From the IMG/VR virus record IMGVR_UViG_3300017782_000052: a stretch of 40,962 nt of DNA. One strand, written 5' to 3'. Below, one piece after another: positions 32,339 through 39,240 of the stretch. How positions within the stretch are numbered: the stretch's first letter is position 1; every line of letters begins with the position of its first letter. The position numbers were made by a program, and so were the translations under genes. The DNA comes from a virus. The notes under the pieces were generated by a model. That model was not told the origin of the DNA. It saw only the letters and a program-made list of their open reading frames with translations, and ran no database searches.

Positions 32339-32360
32339 GTCTAGGTTGTAACTTTAGAAA
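32309..32360 (-). repeat. Inverted-repeat arm D (pairs with 28583-28633).
   Basis: See 28583-28633. This arm covers the last two terL codons plus the stop, motif copy D, and most of the downstream hairpin. Confidence 0.9.
32341..32358 (-). promoter_or_regulatory. Copy D of the conserved motif; candidate phage promoter after terL (phiOR-like position).
   Basis: Minus strand reads TCTAAAGTTACAACCTAG. The terL stop codon is the TAA inside the motif. Confidence 0.45.
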
Positions 32361-34039
32361 GCTATCCATCCATCCTGCTTGTTACTAATACCAGAAACAT
32401 TCATGTTAGACATAAACTTTTCTAGTTCACTATCCAGTAGTTCTTCTTTTCTTGTTCGTATTTCTGTATCTGCATCAGCAGCCATTTGCTCTGTCCAGTA
32501 CTGCACTGCCATAGCAAGTACGTCAAGTCTATCGTCATGTGCTAATGCTCCACGTTGTTTAGTTATCCTAGTCATCTGATAGGTAAGCATGTACTTGATA
32601 CCCTTTTCAGGGGGCATGTTCTGTACACTGTCATAGTCCTTTTGTATGACCTTAGGGTCTACTACAAGTCTATGCTGGTTCATTACAGGCTCTAACGTAT
32701 CAATGATACGCATTTCCTTTTGTGTATTATGCCTAACCTCTTCCAGCGTAACTGGATAAGTCTTCAACATGTACGGCTTGAGCAACTCAGTAAACATACC
32801 GTCACCAAAGTTACTCTCTATGAGTACCGTGTTTACCTGATGTATCTTGGCGAGGTCTGTAAGATGCTGTAGTGTAGTGTCAGAGTAACCACCCTCAACA
32901 CCACCACAGTCCACCACGTACAGATAACCATTCAACATCTTCACAATCGAGTAGGCAGTCTCGTCACTACCTCTACCTGATGGGTCAATAGCCATCACTG
33001 AGCCTGTGTATTTAGCCCTACCTACTGTATCTTCTGGCGCATAGTACTTATCGCCACTTAAACCCACGTTAGGAATCTCTGACATGGGCTTCATTATTCC
33101 GTACACCATCTTTTCTGGTGCTGTATCCTTGTCACAGGAGTATATAATAAGGTCACTCAGTTTAAGCGGATATTTGTTTGCGTCACTGAGACTAGTATCC
33201 AACATAAATTGCAGAGCAAAACCGCTTCTACCATAACTAAGTTCTCTTTCTAATAAGTCTTCATCATCAAATCGTTTAGCGTCCGTAGGATGACCGTACA
33301 CGGCCTCTAACTTTTCCTGTAGGGTTTCATACAAGAAGGGTGCTAGACGCCCCCCATAGGCCTTCTCTGCGCGTTCTAGGCTAGGATAACGAGCAGGCCA
33401 TACTCTCATGGCGTATCCACGCCCCAACAGTACGTTATACAGGCTCATTTCATTCTGAGGTGTACCAAGATAAATAATCTTACCCTCAGGCTTCAAGACA
33501 GCGTCAAATTCCTTAACAGTCTCCCCTAGCTTCTCACGCATCATGTGGGTCATGGAGTTGTTAGGGACTTCTACGTCATCAGCAATAATAATGTCAGCAC
33601 GTGAACCTGTAAGCTGCCCTGTGACCCCTACAGACTTCACTGAGGGGCTACCAGATGCTTTAGTTGGTGCTACATCAAAGGCTATCTTAGACCATCTCTG
33701 CCCCTCTTTAGCCACCAAATGCTGGCAAATAGGCAGTTCCATGATAATACGCTGCGTAAACGTAGAGAAGTCGTCAGCACGTGCCTTAGATGCAGACACC
33801 ACCATAAACTTTAACTGTGGGTCTAGCAGTAACTGGTGTACCACGTAGGCAGCAGTAATGTAAGACTTACCTACACCACGGAAAGCTTCGATAATACAAC
33901 GCTTGGGACTATGTTGCAGATAGTTCGCAATATCATATTGTACTGGCGTAGGTTCTGGTAGACCCAGATGTTGCCATACTAAGTACGTAAAGTTCCTAAA
34001 GTCTCTCAGAGCCTCAGGAACGGCGTTTGGTTGTTGCAT
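32354..34039 (-). CDS. terL: Terminase large subunit, T7 gp19-like.
   Basis: EAFRGVGKSYITAAYVVHQLLLDPQLKFMVVSASKARAD, SPSVKSVGVTGQLTGSRADIIIADDVEVPNNS, YLGTPQ, IDPSGRGSDETAY, ESNFGDGMF and GALAHDDRLD closely parallel T7 gp19. Confidence 0.95.
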   Translation of the reverse strand: MQQPNAVPEALRDFRNFTYLVWQHLGLPEPTPVQYDIANYLQHSPKRCIIEAFRGVGKSYITAAYVVHQLLLDPQLKFMVVSASKARADDFSTFTQRIIMELPICQHLVAKEGQRWSKIAFDVAPTKASGSPSVKSVGVTGQLTGSRADIIIADDVEVPNNSMTHMMREKLGETVKEFDAVLKPEGKIIYLGTPQNEMSLYNVLLGRGYAMRVWPARYPSLERAEKAYGGRLAPFLYETLQEKLEAVYGHPTDAKRFDDEDLLERELSYGRSGFALQFMLDTSLSDANKYPLKLSDLIIYSCDKDTAPEKMVYGIMKPMSEIPNVGLSGDKYYAPEDTVGRAKYTGSVMAIDPSGRGSDETAYSIVKMLNGYLYVVDCGGVEGGYSDTTLQHLTDLAKIHQVNTVLIESNFGDGMFTELLKPYMLKTYPVTLEEVRHNTQKEMRIIDTLEPVMNQHRLVVDPKVIQKDYDSVQNMPPEKGIKYMLTYQMTRITKQRGALAHDDRLDVLAMAVQYWTEQMAADADTEIRTRKEELLDSELEKFMSNMNVSGISNKQDGWIAF

Positions 34040-34193
34040 AGTGGGTACATACCTCTCAAGGCTCTAAGGCCTGTCAGTGGGCTTCTATGAGCGATTAAAC
34101 ACTATTTTATTTGTACATATATAGCATAGTAGTTTTACATTCTCAAATAGCTTCGGAATGTACTGGACAGTCTTACAATGTTTACACACATGT

Positions 34194-34505
34194 TTAGTCA
34201 TCGTATATCACTTCGATGTCGTGTGCGTGTGAATCGTTTACCTTTGCCCATATAGCGTTTATAGGTGCTACTGAGAACTCCCACGTAGCTGCCTTGTCCC
34301 CTACGGTAGCAGAGCCATCAAGATTAAGACCGCTTGTAGGTGCTGTAGTGTTATTACTAAAGCCTATAGTAATAGAATGGTTGTCGTGGTCATTTTGAAT
34401 ACACAGGTACATACGAGATGGGTTGTCATCTAATAGCTTTACCCAAGACTGGTCAGCAGGTAGCGTGACGTTCTTAGATGCTAAACTAGCATTATGTCCT
34501 CTCAT
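34194..34505 (-). CDS. Hypothetical beta-rich protein (103 aa).
   Basis: It has an ATGA overlap with the upstream ORF. There is no lipobox, so it is not an obvious o-spanin. A 154-nt non-coding gap separates it from terL. Confidence 0.6.
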   Translation of the reverse strand: MRGHNASLASKNVTLPADQSWVKLLDDNPSRMYLCIQNDHDNHSITIGFSNNTTAPTSGLNLDGSATVGDKAATWEFSVAPINAIWAKVNDSHAHDIEVIYDD

Positions 34506-34810
34506 GACCTAACCCCTGCTAAAAAAAGCTTCATCTTTTCTATTTCTATTTCTAACTGATGCACACGCTTAACAGTGTCCTGCACAGATTTAGGTGGTTG
34601 AAAGTTATCAATCCACTCATCGTTTTCTTCAACCTCTTGCATAGTTAAATCAAGGTTGTGTTCTAGAAAGCTAATGCGTTCTGTTAAGCCGAAGTATGCC
34701 CACGTAGCAATACTAGCTGCTGCAATCATAGATACAAGATTACGTAAAGGTATTGTAATCTCTGTGCTGTCATTCATTCTGGCAGCTACTACTTTTTCTA
34801 CTTTAGTCAC
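34502..34810 (-). CDS. Membrane-anchored coiled-coil protein (102 aa), possibly i-spanin-like (Rz-like).
   Basis: A GTG start overlaps the terS TGA as GTGA, with GGAGAG upstream. It has an N-proximal hydrophobic segment (LVSMIAAASIATWAYFGL) followed by a charged helical region. Confidence 0.4.
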   Translation of the reverse strand: MTKVEKVVAARMNDSTEITIPLRNLVSMIAAASIATWAYFGLTERISFLEHNLDLTMQEVEENDEWIDNFQPPKSVQDTVKRVHQLEIEIEKMKLFLAGVRS

Positions 34811-35022
34811 TGTACACTCTCCGCTACGTCAAACGGTAGGTTCTCAAGCAGGTTAGCCATAGGACTTTCAGCAGTAATGACATCCAGTGATGCACCATTA
34901 TCTTTCAAAAATTTGACAGCTACTGAAAGCTCACTTGCAGTTGCCTCTCCGCTACGTACACGTGCTAGTAAATCAACAGTAACAGCAGCATGTAAATCGT
35001 CCATCTGTTGTTTTTGGCTCAT
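34807..35022 (-). CDS. Terminase small subunit, T7 gp18-like (71 aa from the ATG at 35022).
   Basis: The ATGA overlap with the lysozyme stop, with AGGAGAG upstream, favours this start over the track's GTG. ...ASELSVAVKFLKDNGASLD... resembles small-terminase (maturase A) proteins of T7/SP6-type phages (from memory). The position is just upstream of terL. Confidence 0.5.
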   Translation of the reverse strand: MSQKQQMDDLHAAVTVDLLARVRSGEATASELSVAVKFLKDNGASLDVITAESPMANLLENLPFDVAESVQ

Positions 35023-35438
35023 TGCCACTCTCCTGTGCGTATCTGCTCCGCAACTTCTACCGCACGTTGGCCTACTTGTTTAGCCCACCTGCTGTTCAGA
35101 AATTCGTCTGCTGCCATATCGTAGTTTTCGTCCTTTAGCAGAGCCATTGCGTTTACGAACTTGCCCACTGTCCCTATCCCTACGTTGAAGGTGAAGTTGA
35201 TAAGGGCTTGAAAACGTGCCGTGTCTAGGTCTTCTGTCCACGGAAAGGTCAACACCAACTGGTTTGTTGCCCTCTCTATGTCGTTTACTAGCAACATCTC
35301 TGCTTCTTCTTCTGAGATGCCTACATCTTCCAAGTTTCTTCCAACACCGATAGTAAGCTTGTCTGCTGTGCATTTGTAAGGCTTTAACCTCAATCCTTCG
35401 TGACGTTTAAGTTGTTGAATTAACTGTGAATAGTTCAT
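35019..35438 (-). CDS. Endolysin, T4-type lysozyme (GH24).
   Basis: LKRHEGLRLKPYKCTADKLTIGVGRNL matches the hEG..l.pY.D..G..TIG.G catalytic signature. The protein is 139 aa. Confidence 0.88.
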   Translation of the reverse strand: MNYSQLIQQLKRHEGLRLKPYKCTADKLTIGVGRNLEDVGISEEEAEMLLVNDIERATNQLVLTFPWTEDLDTARFQALINFTFNVGIGTVGKFVNAMALLKDENYDMAADEFLNSRWAKQVGQRAVEVAEQIRTGEWQ

Positions 35439-35578
35439 GTTTTTTTCTTATACTTATTTGTCTTTTTAGGAAAACCAGCCTTCATGTTGGCATAGGATTT
35501 AGCACTGATAGTAGACTTACTCTTAGGTCTGCTAGTACCAGCTTTTTTACGTTTGTTAATGTTTTCGTATAGGCTCAT
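35435..35578 (-). CDS. Very small lysine-rich ORF (47 aa), below the ORF-track cutoff.
   Basis: My translation is MSLYENINKRKKAGTSRPKSKSTISAKSYANMKAGFPKKTNKYKKKT. Its TGA overlaps the lysozyme ATG as ATGA. The C-terminal KYKKK is shared with 13148-13258. Confidence 0.45.
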   Translation of the reverse strand: MSLYENINKRKKAGTSRPKSKSTISAKSYANMKAGFPKKTNKYKKKT

Positions 35579-35586
35579 AGTTACCT

Positions 35587-35931
35587 CTATTTCTTGAACA
35601 TCTTAGTAAGTTGTTGAACACCAAAGCTTGCAGCAAACACAACGCCTACGGCAGTCTTATAAAAATCTGGCATACTATCTAACGCCTCAAAGCCACGTTG
35701 AACAATGTCTTCGTGTCCTGTGAAGGCTAGTATCAGGGGTATGCTCACCAAAATTGTAAGCCATTCATCCTTCCAGCTTGACGCAGAAGCCTGTGCCATA
35801 GTCTGGTTCCACTCCATTTCACCAGCAGCAACTTTTTTTGCTACTGCTACTTTGGCTTTTTGTGTTTCAACCTTACCTTCCATCCATGTACTGGCTAGAC
35901 CAGCCACGGCTTGTACTACTCCTAGTATCAC
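35587..35931 (-). CDS. Putative holin (multi-transmembrane; reminiscent of the 3-TM holin family).
   Basis: A GTG start overlaps the upstream TGA, with AAGGAGAG 8 nt upstream. Hydrophobic segments are ILGVVQAVAGLAS, WLTILVSIPLILAF and TAVGVVFAASFGV. It contains an SSWKDEW motif and lies adjacent to the endolysin. Confidence 0.45.
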   Translation of the reverse strand: MILGVVQAVAGLASTWMEGKVETQKAKVAVAKKVAAGEMEWNQTMAQASASSWKDEWLTILVSIPLILAFTGHEDIVQRGFEALDSMPDFYKTAVGVVFAASFGVQQLTKMFKK

Positions 35932-36395
35932 TTTATACTCTCCTTAACAACCCACAGGATAATACCCAGCATTGCTAGTCCTAGTCCTATACATACTGCC
36001 CAATAAAAAGTTACAATACAGTTGTCAATAAATTGTTGTCGTTCTTTTTCCGCTTGCTTTTGTGCAGCAATTCTTTTACTACGTGCTTCTGCCTGAAACT
36101 TAACCCAATCCTGCCACAGTCCTGCCCTACCGTAAAGCTGCATAGCCTCACGTAGTTCGTTTTCCTGCTGCTTGATTTTTTCTAAAGCCATAAACTCTTC
36201 TAAGTCATTACCAGACTTACCGCCTACTTGGTTCCAGAAAGAATTTTTCTTTTTGTTGGCTCTAGATTGCAAAGTTTCTTTGGCATCTACGTATTGAGAG
36301 ATAGCCGTGCCAGCATCAACTAGTTCCTTACCATTGGCTAGAGTTTGCTTTATAATGGCAAAGGCAGCGTTAGCCGCCGCTAGTTCCGCTAACAT
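35928..36395 (-). CDS. Coiled-coil protein with a C-terminal transmembrane anchor (155 aa), hypothetical.
   Basis: ATG with AGGAG upstream. It has a long charged helical region followed by IVTFYWAVCIGLGLAMLGIILWVV near the C-terminus. Confidence 0.6.
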   Translation of the reverse strand: MLAELAAANAAFAIIKQTLANGKELVDAGTAISQYVDAKETLQSRANKKKNSFWNQVGGKSGNDLEEFMALEKIKQQENELREAMQLYGRAGLWQDWVKFQAEARSKRIAAQKQAEKERQQFIDNCIVTFYWAVCIGLGLAMLGIILWVVKESIK

Positions 36396-36405
36396 GGCTA
36401 TTCTC

Positions 36406-36609
36406 CTACAGTTTCATTAGTAAGGATGCTGCGAGGCCAACAACAATAACCGTTGACCCCATAATCATTGCTTCTAAACGCCACAGACGTTTGTCTAAGC
36501 CAGATAGTTTGTCTTCTACAGACGCATAACGTACTGCACATTCTTTCTCGTGTGCCTCAAGTTCCAAGGCTACACGCAACTCTGGGGTGACTTCCTGTGC
36601 CATCTTCAT
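36406..36609 (-). CDS. Small tail-anchored membrane protein (67 aa), hypothetical.
   Basis: It has a TAATG overlap with the upstream ORF and a C-terminal hydrophobic segment, MIMGSTVIVVGLAASLLMKL. Confidence 0.6.
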   Translation of the reverse strand: MKMAQEVTPELRVALELEAHEKECAVRYASVEDKLSGLDKRLWRLEAMIMGSTVIVVGLAASLLMKL

Positions 36610-37076
36610 TACCCTGCGATCTCCATGATTTCTATGTGACTAAAATTCACGTTTTCATGTAGTTCGTTGACTGCTATTGCATTTGCGCCAGCGGCGGCAT
36701 AAGACCGAAATTGCATTTTGATGGTTTTTGATGCTGTGGAGGTATTTGTATAAAACCAACAGGGCGAAGTTGTTTGTCTCTCTGAGTTGCTAAAAGAAGA
36801 TGTTTGGCTGTCTATGCCAAAGAACATATAGTTACTAGTTGGATCGCCTAACGACACGTTATCAACTAAACATCTAAAAGAGCCTTGTCCACTAATGTGA
36901 AATACTGATGAAATTCTCAACACGCTATCGGAACTTTTTGGAGTATAGTTAATAGTTGCAGTATCAGTAAAAGTTGTAGTTCCCTGAAGGTCATTTTTGG
37001 TTGTGTAATAAGATTTTACATGTCCAATTACAGACCCACTAGGAAGACTGCTTGATTGTAATCGTATTAATCCCAT
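36609..37076 (-). CDS. Fibre-module protein (155 aa), jelly-roll-like; a divergent member of the head-domain array.
   Basis: It ends ...VNFSHIEIMEIAG, similar to the F.G.L/I.G endings of its neighbours. It is beta-rich and S/T-rich and is the last gene of the array. Confidence 0.55.
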   Translation of the reverse strand: MGLIRLQSSSLPSGSVIGHVKSYYTTKNDLQGTTTFTDTATINYTPKSSDSVLRISSVFHISGQGSFRCLVDNVSLGDPTSNYMFFGIDSQTSSFSNSERQTTSPCWFYTNTSTASKTIKMQFRSYAAAGANAIAVNELHENVNFSHIEIMEIAG

Positions 37077-37082
37077 GTCTAG

Positions 37083-37595
37083 TTACCCCAGAAACTTTAT
37101 AGTCATATTGTTATGTGCGTTATTGCTTCCATAAATATCCCCAGCAACAAGATATGTGAGGTGAACATCTAACAAATCGTTTACTGCACATTCAACAATC
37201 GTTGATGCAGATAGATTTAACTCAGTACCACTGGCAAATAATGACCAAACTAGAGAAGCATTAACGTTGCTTGAATCGATCCCCTGATTGACACCATTTT
37301 TCCTTACATTTGTTCGGTGTCCGCCAGTCATACTTCTGGCAAGATAATTGAACGAAACCTCATAATACCCTGCTTTCGGACAAGTAAACTGACCAGTAGA
37401 ATGATCGTAGGCATTTGCAGTGTCGATGACTTCGTTGTTCCATATGAATATGCCAGTAGATGTCATATCGGTTGTCATATATGCTTGAACGAGAATTGGA
37501 TTGGCAAATCCCACACGACCATCACTATCAATGGTCAACGCTGTGTTGCTGTTGGTGGGATCTTGCAGGGTACTAACTTTAAGTATGCTTGTCAT
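37083..37595 (-). CDS. C1q/TNF-like head-domain protein (170 aa), putative receptor-binding protein.
   Basis: YDHSTGQFTCPKAGYYEVSFNY...VRKNGVN...TIKFLG resembles the C1q globular-domain pattern Y...TG.FT.P..G.Y.F.....v.L.kNG....FsGfLl. The N-terminus MTSILKV...LTIDSDGRV is shared with 37605-38096. Confidence 0.6.
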   Translation of the reverse strand: MTSILKVSTLQDPTNSNTALTIDSDGRVGFANPILVQAYMTTDMTSTGIFIWNNEVIDTANAYDHSTGQFTCPKAGYYEVSFNYLARSMTGGHRTNVRKNGVNQGIDSSNVNASLVWSLFASGTELNLSASTIVECAVNDLLDVHLTYLVAGDIYGSNNAHNNMTIKFLG

Positions 37596-37604
37596 ATCGC
37601 TATC

Positions 37605-38096
37605 CTATCCTATTAAGTACCCGCCAAAACCACTATAATTTGGAAAATATGCGCCAAAATTTCCTTTAATAGTGACTGTCTGATTTGCGGTAAGTTGTAT
37701 AACTTCACTAAAAGTTGATGACTGGTCTAGACTGGTAGATTCGCTGGCGTGCCAATAAAGAGAACCATCAAACGAACCGTCATCTATACTAATAAAAAAA
37801 TCAGAAGTGGAAGTCGTGTTATTAATATAAAGACGACCAAAGAAATGATACAACCCATCAATAGGTGCCACAAATTCGTGGTCTGTAGTGTTGTAATAAT
37901 TACCAATGTTGTAATCAACTGAAGTCAACAAACTAAGTTTTGTATTAGCGACAAAGCTTGTCCACGTTGTCGATGTTCCGTGAACACGAAACGCTGGTCT
38001 TGCAGGAGTAGTCACACGACCACTGCTGTCTACTGTTAATCCTGTGATGCCTGATGTGCTGTGACCGATCTGGTCTACGTTTAGTATAGATGCCAT
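37605..38096 (-). CDS. C1q/TNF-like head-domain protein (163 aa), putative receptor-binding protein.
   Basis: N-terminus MASILNV...LTVDSSGRV, then YYNTTDHEFVAPIDGLYHFFGRLY, with the C-terminus SGFGGYLIG. Confidence 0.6.
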   Translation of the reverse strand: MASILNVDQIGHSTSGITGLTVDSSGRVTTPARPAFRVHGTSTTWTSFVANTKLSLLTSVDYNIGNYYNTTDHEFVAPIDGLYHFFGRLYINNTTSTSDFFISIDDGSFDGSLYWHASESTSLDQSSTFSEVIQLTANQTVTIKGNFGAYFPNYSGFGGYLIG

Positions 38097-38105
38097 ATCA
38101 GTCTC

Positions 38106-38627
38106 CTATCCTAAGTGTGTGAATGTGACGTGTGAGTATAGAGCGGCAGTGTAAACATCATGGGCATTGTCCCTCTGAATGAATTTAAGAGTGTCATTTG
38201 CGTTAAGCAGAGCAGTTAGCGAACCGTGCCAACCACGTTCATTGTTTTGGAAAAACCTTTGGTAGAGAACGCCGTTTTTCAATAATTGGAAATCTGAACT
38301 TGTTGCGGCTTCAATTAATACTGAGAAGGAGGCAAAGTAGATACCTCCTACTGGAGCGGTGAATAACCCTGTACTAGTGTTGTAGTAGGAACTCGCGTTT
38401 CCATCGCCATCTTCCGCAATGACAGACATAGGCAATCCATCATTAATGTTATTGTTATGATAAACTGCCGTTTCATCACCTATCGCACGAATGTGGATGC
38501 GATTTGGCGTAAATACATTGCCAGTGAAAGACACATCTCCATCACTTTGTATGTTCAATGCTTCTGACGCACCAGTCTTAGAGTAAATGTTGTTTACATA
38601 TAATTTAGACAATTGTAAGCTCCCCAT
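38106..38627 (-). CDS. C1q/TNF-like head-domain protein (173 aa), putative receptor-binding protein.
   Basis: N-terminus MGSLQLS...LNIQSDGDV, then YYNTSTGLFTAPVGGIYFASFSV...QLLKNGV, with the C-terminus VTFTHLG. It overlaps the upstream gene by 23 nt. Confidence 0.6.
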   Translation of the reverse strand: MGSLQLSKLYVNNIYSKTGASEALNIQSDGDVSFTGNVFTPNRIHIRAIGDETAVYHNNNINDGLPMSVIAEDGDGNASSYYNTSTGLFTAPVGGIYFASFSVLIEAATSSDFQLLKNGVLYQRFFQNNERGWHGSLTALLNANDTLKFIQRDNAHDVYTAALYSHVTFTHLG

Positions 38628-39069
38628 TTACTGTAAGTACGACATTGTTATCTATTGTCAACGCACCAGCAATCATGCCCCGCTCTGACGCAGCAATGGT
38701 TGTGTTTGTTGACAGTGTGCCTGTGTTGATACGGATACCATTACGAATTAAATTGCTAGATACTTTACTAGCTGTGATTGTTCCATCGCTAACAGAACCC
38801 ACATCAAAGACATCTCCAAGAGCAACAATAAAGTCTATTGTGTCGCTAGTGGTTAGAGCCTCAGCAAATACAAGGTTACTGCCGCTGATTGTAAAGCTGT
38901 CTTGAGGAGCTTGAATAATACCGTTGAGAGATACGATTAAATGATTTGCAGTCTCTGGAAAGTATGCTGCACCACCTAGCGTAAGAGCGTAGGTGTCCGT
39001 AGCAGAGGCAGCAGGGAATGATAGTTTATTAAACCCACCGCCTACAGGTCTTTTTCCTATATATGGCAT
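38605..39069 (-). CDS. Fibre-like protein (154 aa) with an N-terminal anchor-type domain.
   Basis: MPYIGKRPVGGGFNKLSFPAASATDTYALTLGG...LIVSLNGIIQAPQDSFTISGSNLVFAEALTTSDTIDFIVALG has the same layout as the N-terminus of the wrap-around protein (MGYVGNQQTEGFSKI...TLTLSN...LFINNVRQEPTESYTTDGTTVNLVGY...DDIYVVYN). Confidence 0.6.
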   Translation of the reverse strand: MPYIGKRPVGGGFNKLSFPAASATDTYALTLGGAAYFPETANHLIVSLNGIIQAPQDSFTISGSNLVFAEALTTSDTIDFIVALGDVFDVGSVSDGTITASKVSSNLIRNGIRINTGTLSTNTTIAASERGMIAGALTIDNNVVLTVNGELTIV

Positions 39070-39239
39070 TAATCAGCCTCCGCTATGGTGTTGCCTTCAG
39101 ATACCCAAGCCATAACAGCTTGGTATTTTGTGTCTGATTCATCTATCTGGATAAACCATACAACATCATCAATAGTAACCTTTATGTTATCTAAGTTTCC
39201 ATCTTCATTATTTTGATACTGTGCGCTTGTTACAATCAT
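39069..39239 (-). CDS. Small acidic protein (56 aa from the ATG at 39239), possibly a fibre chaperone or assembly factor.
   Basis: The ATG lies 1 nt after the upstream TAA, with AAAGAG upstream. The product is MIVTSAQYQNNEDG...VMAWVSEGNTIAEAD. Its stop overlaps the next ATG as TAATG. The function is a guess from context. Confidence 0.5.
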   Translation of the reverse strand: MIVTSAQYQNNEDGNLDNIKVTIDDVVWFIQIDESDTKYQAVMAWVSEGNTIAEAD

Positions 39240-39240
39240 T

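Noticed and set aside
35080-35373. Minus-strand ORFs nested in alternative frames, for example 35080-35373 inside the lysozyme gene, 20317-20610 inside the exonuclease gene, 22126-22365 inside the DNAP gene, 23635-23862 inside the primase-helicase gene, 17749-17952 inside the RNR gene, and 784-1035 and 6152-6370.
   Set aside because: They are fully embedded in confidently identified genes. Their products are Arg/Ser-rich or otherwise atypical, and no independent signal supports them.
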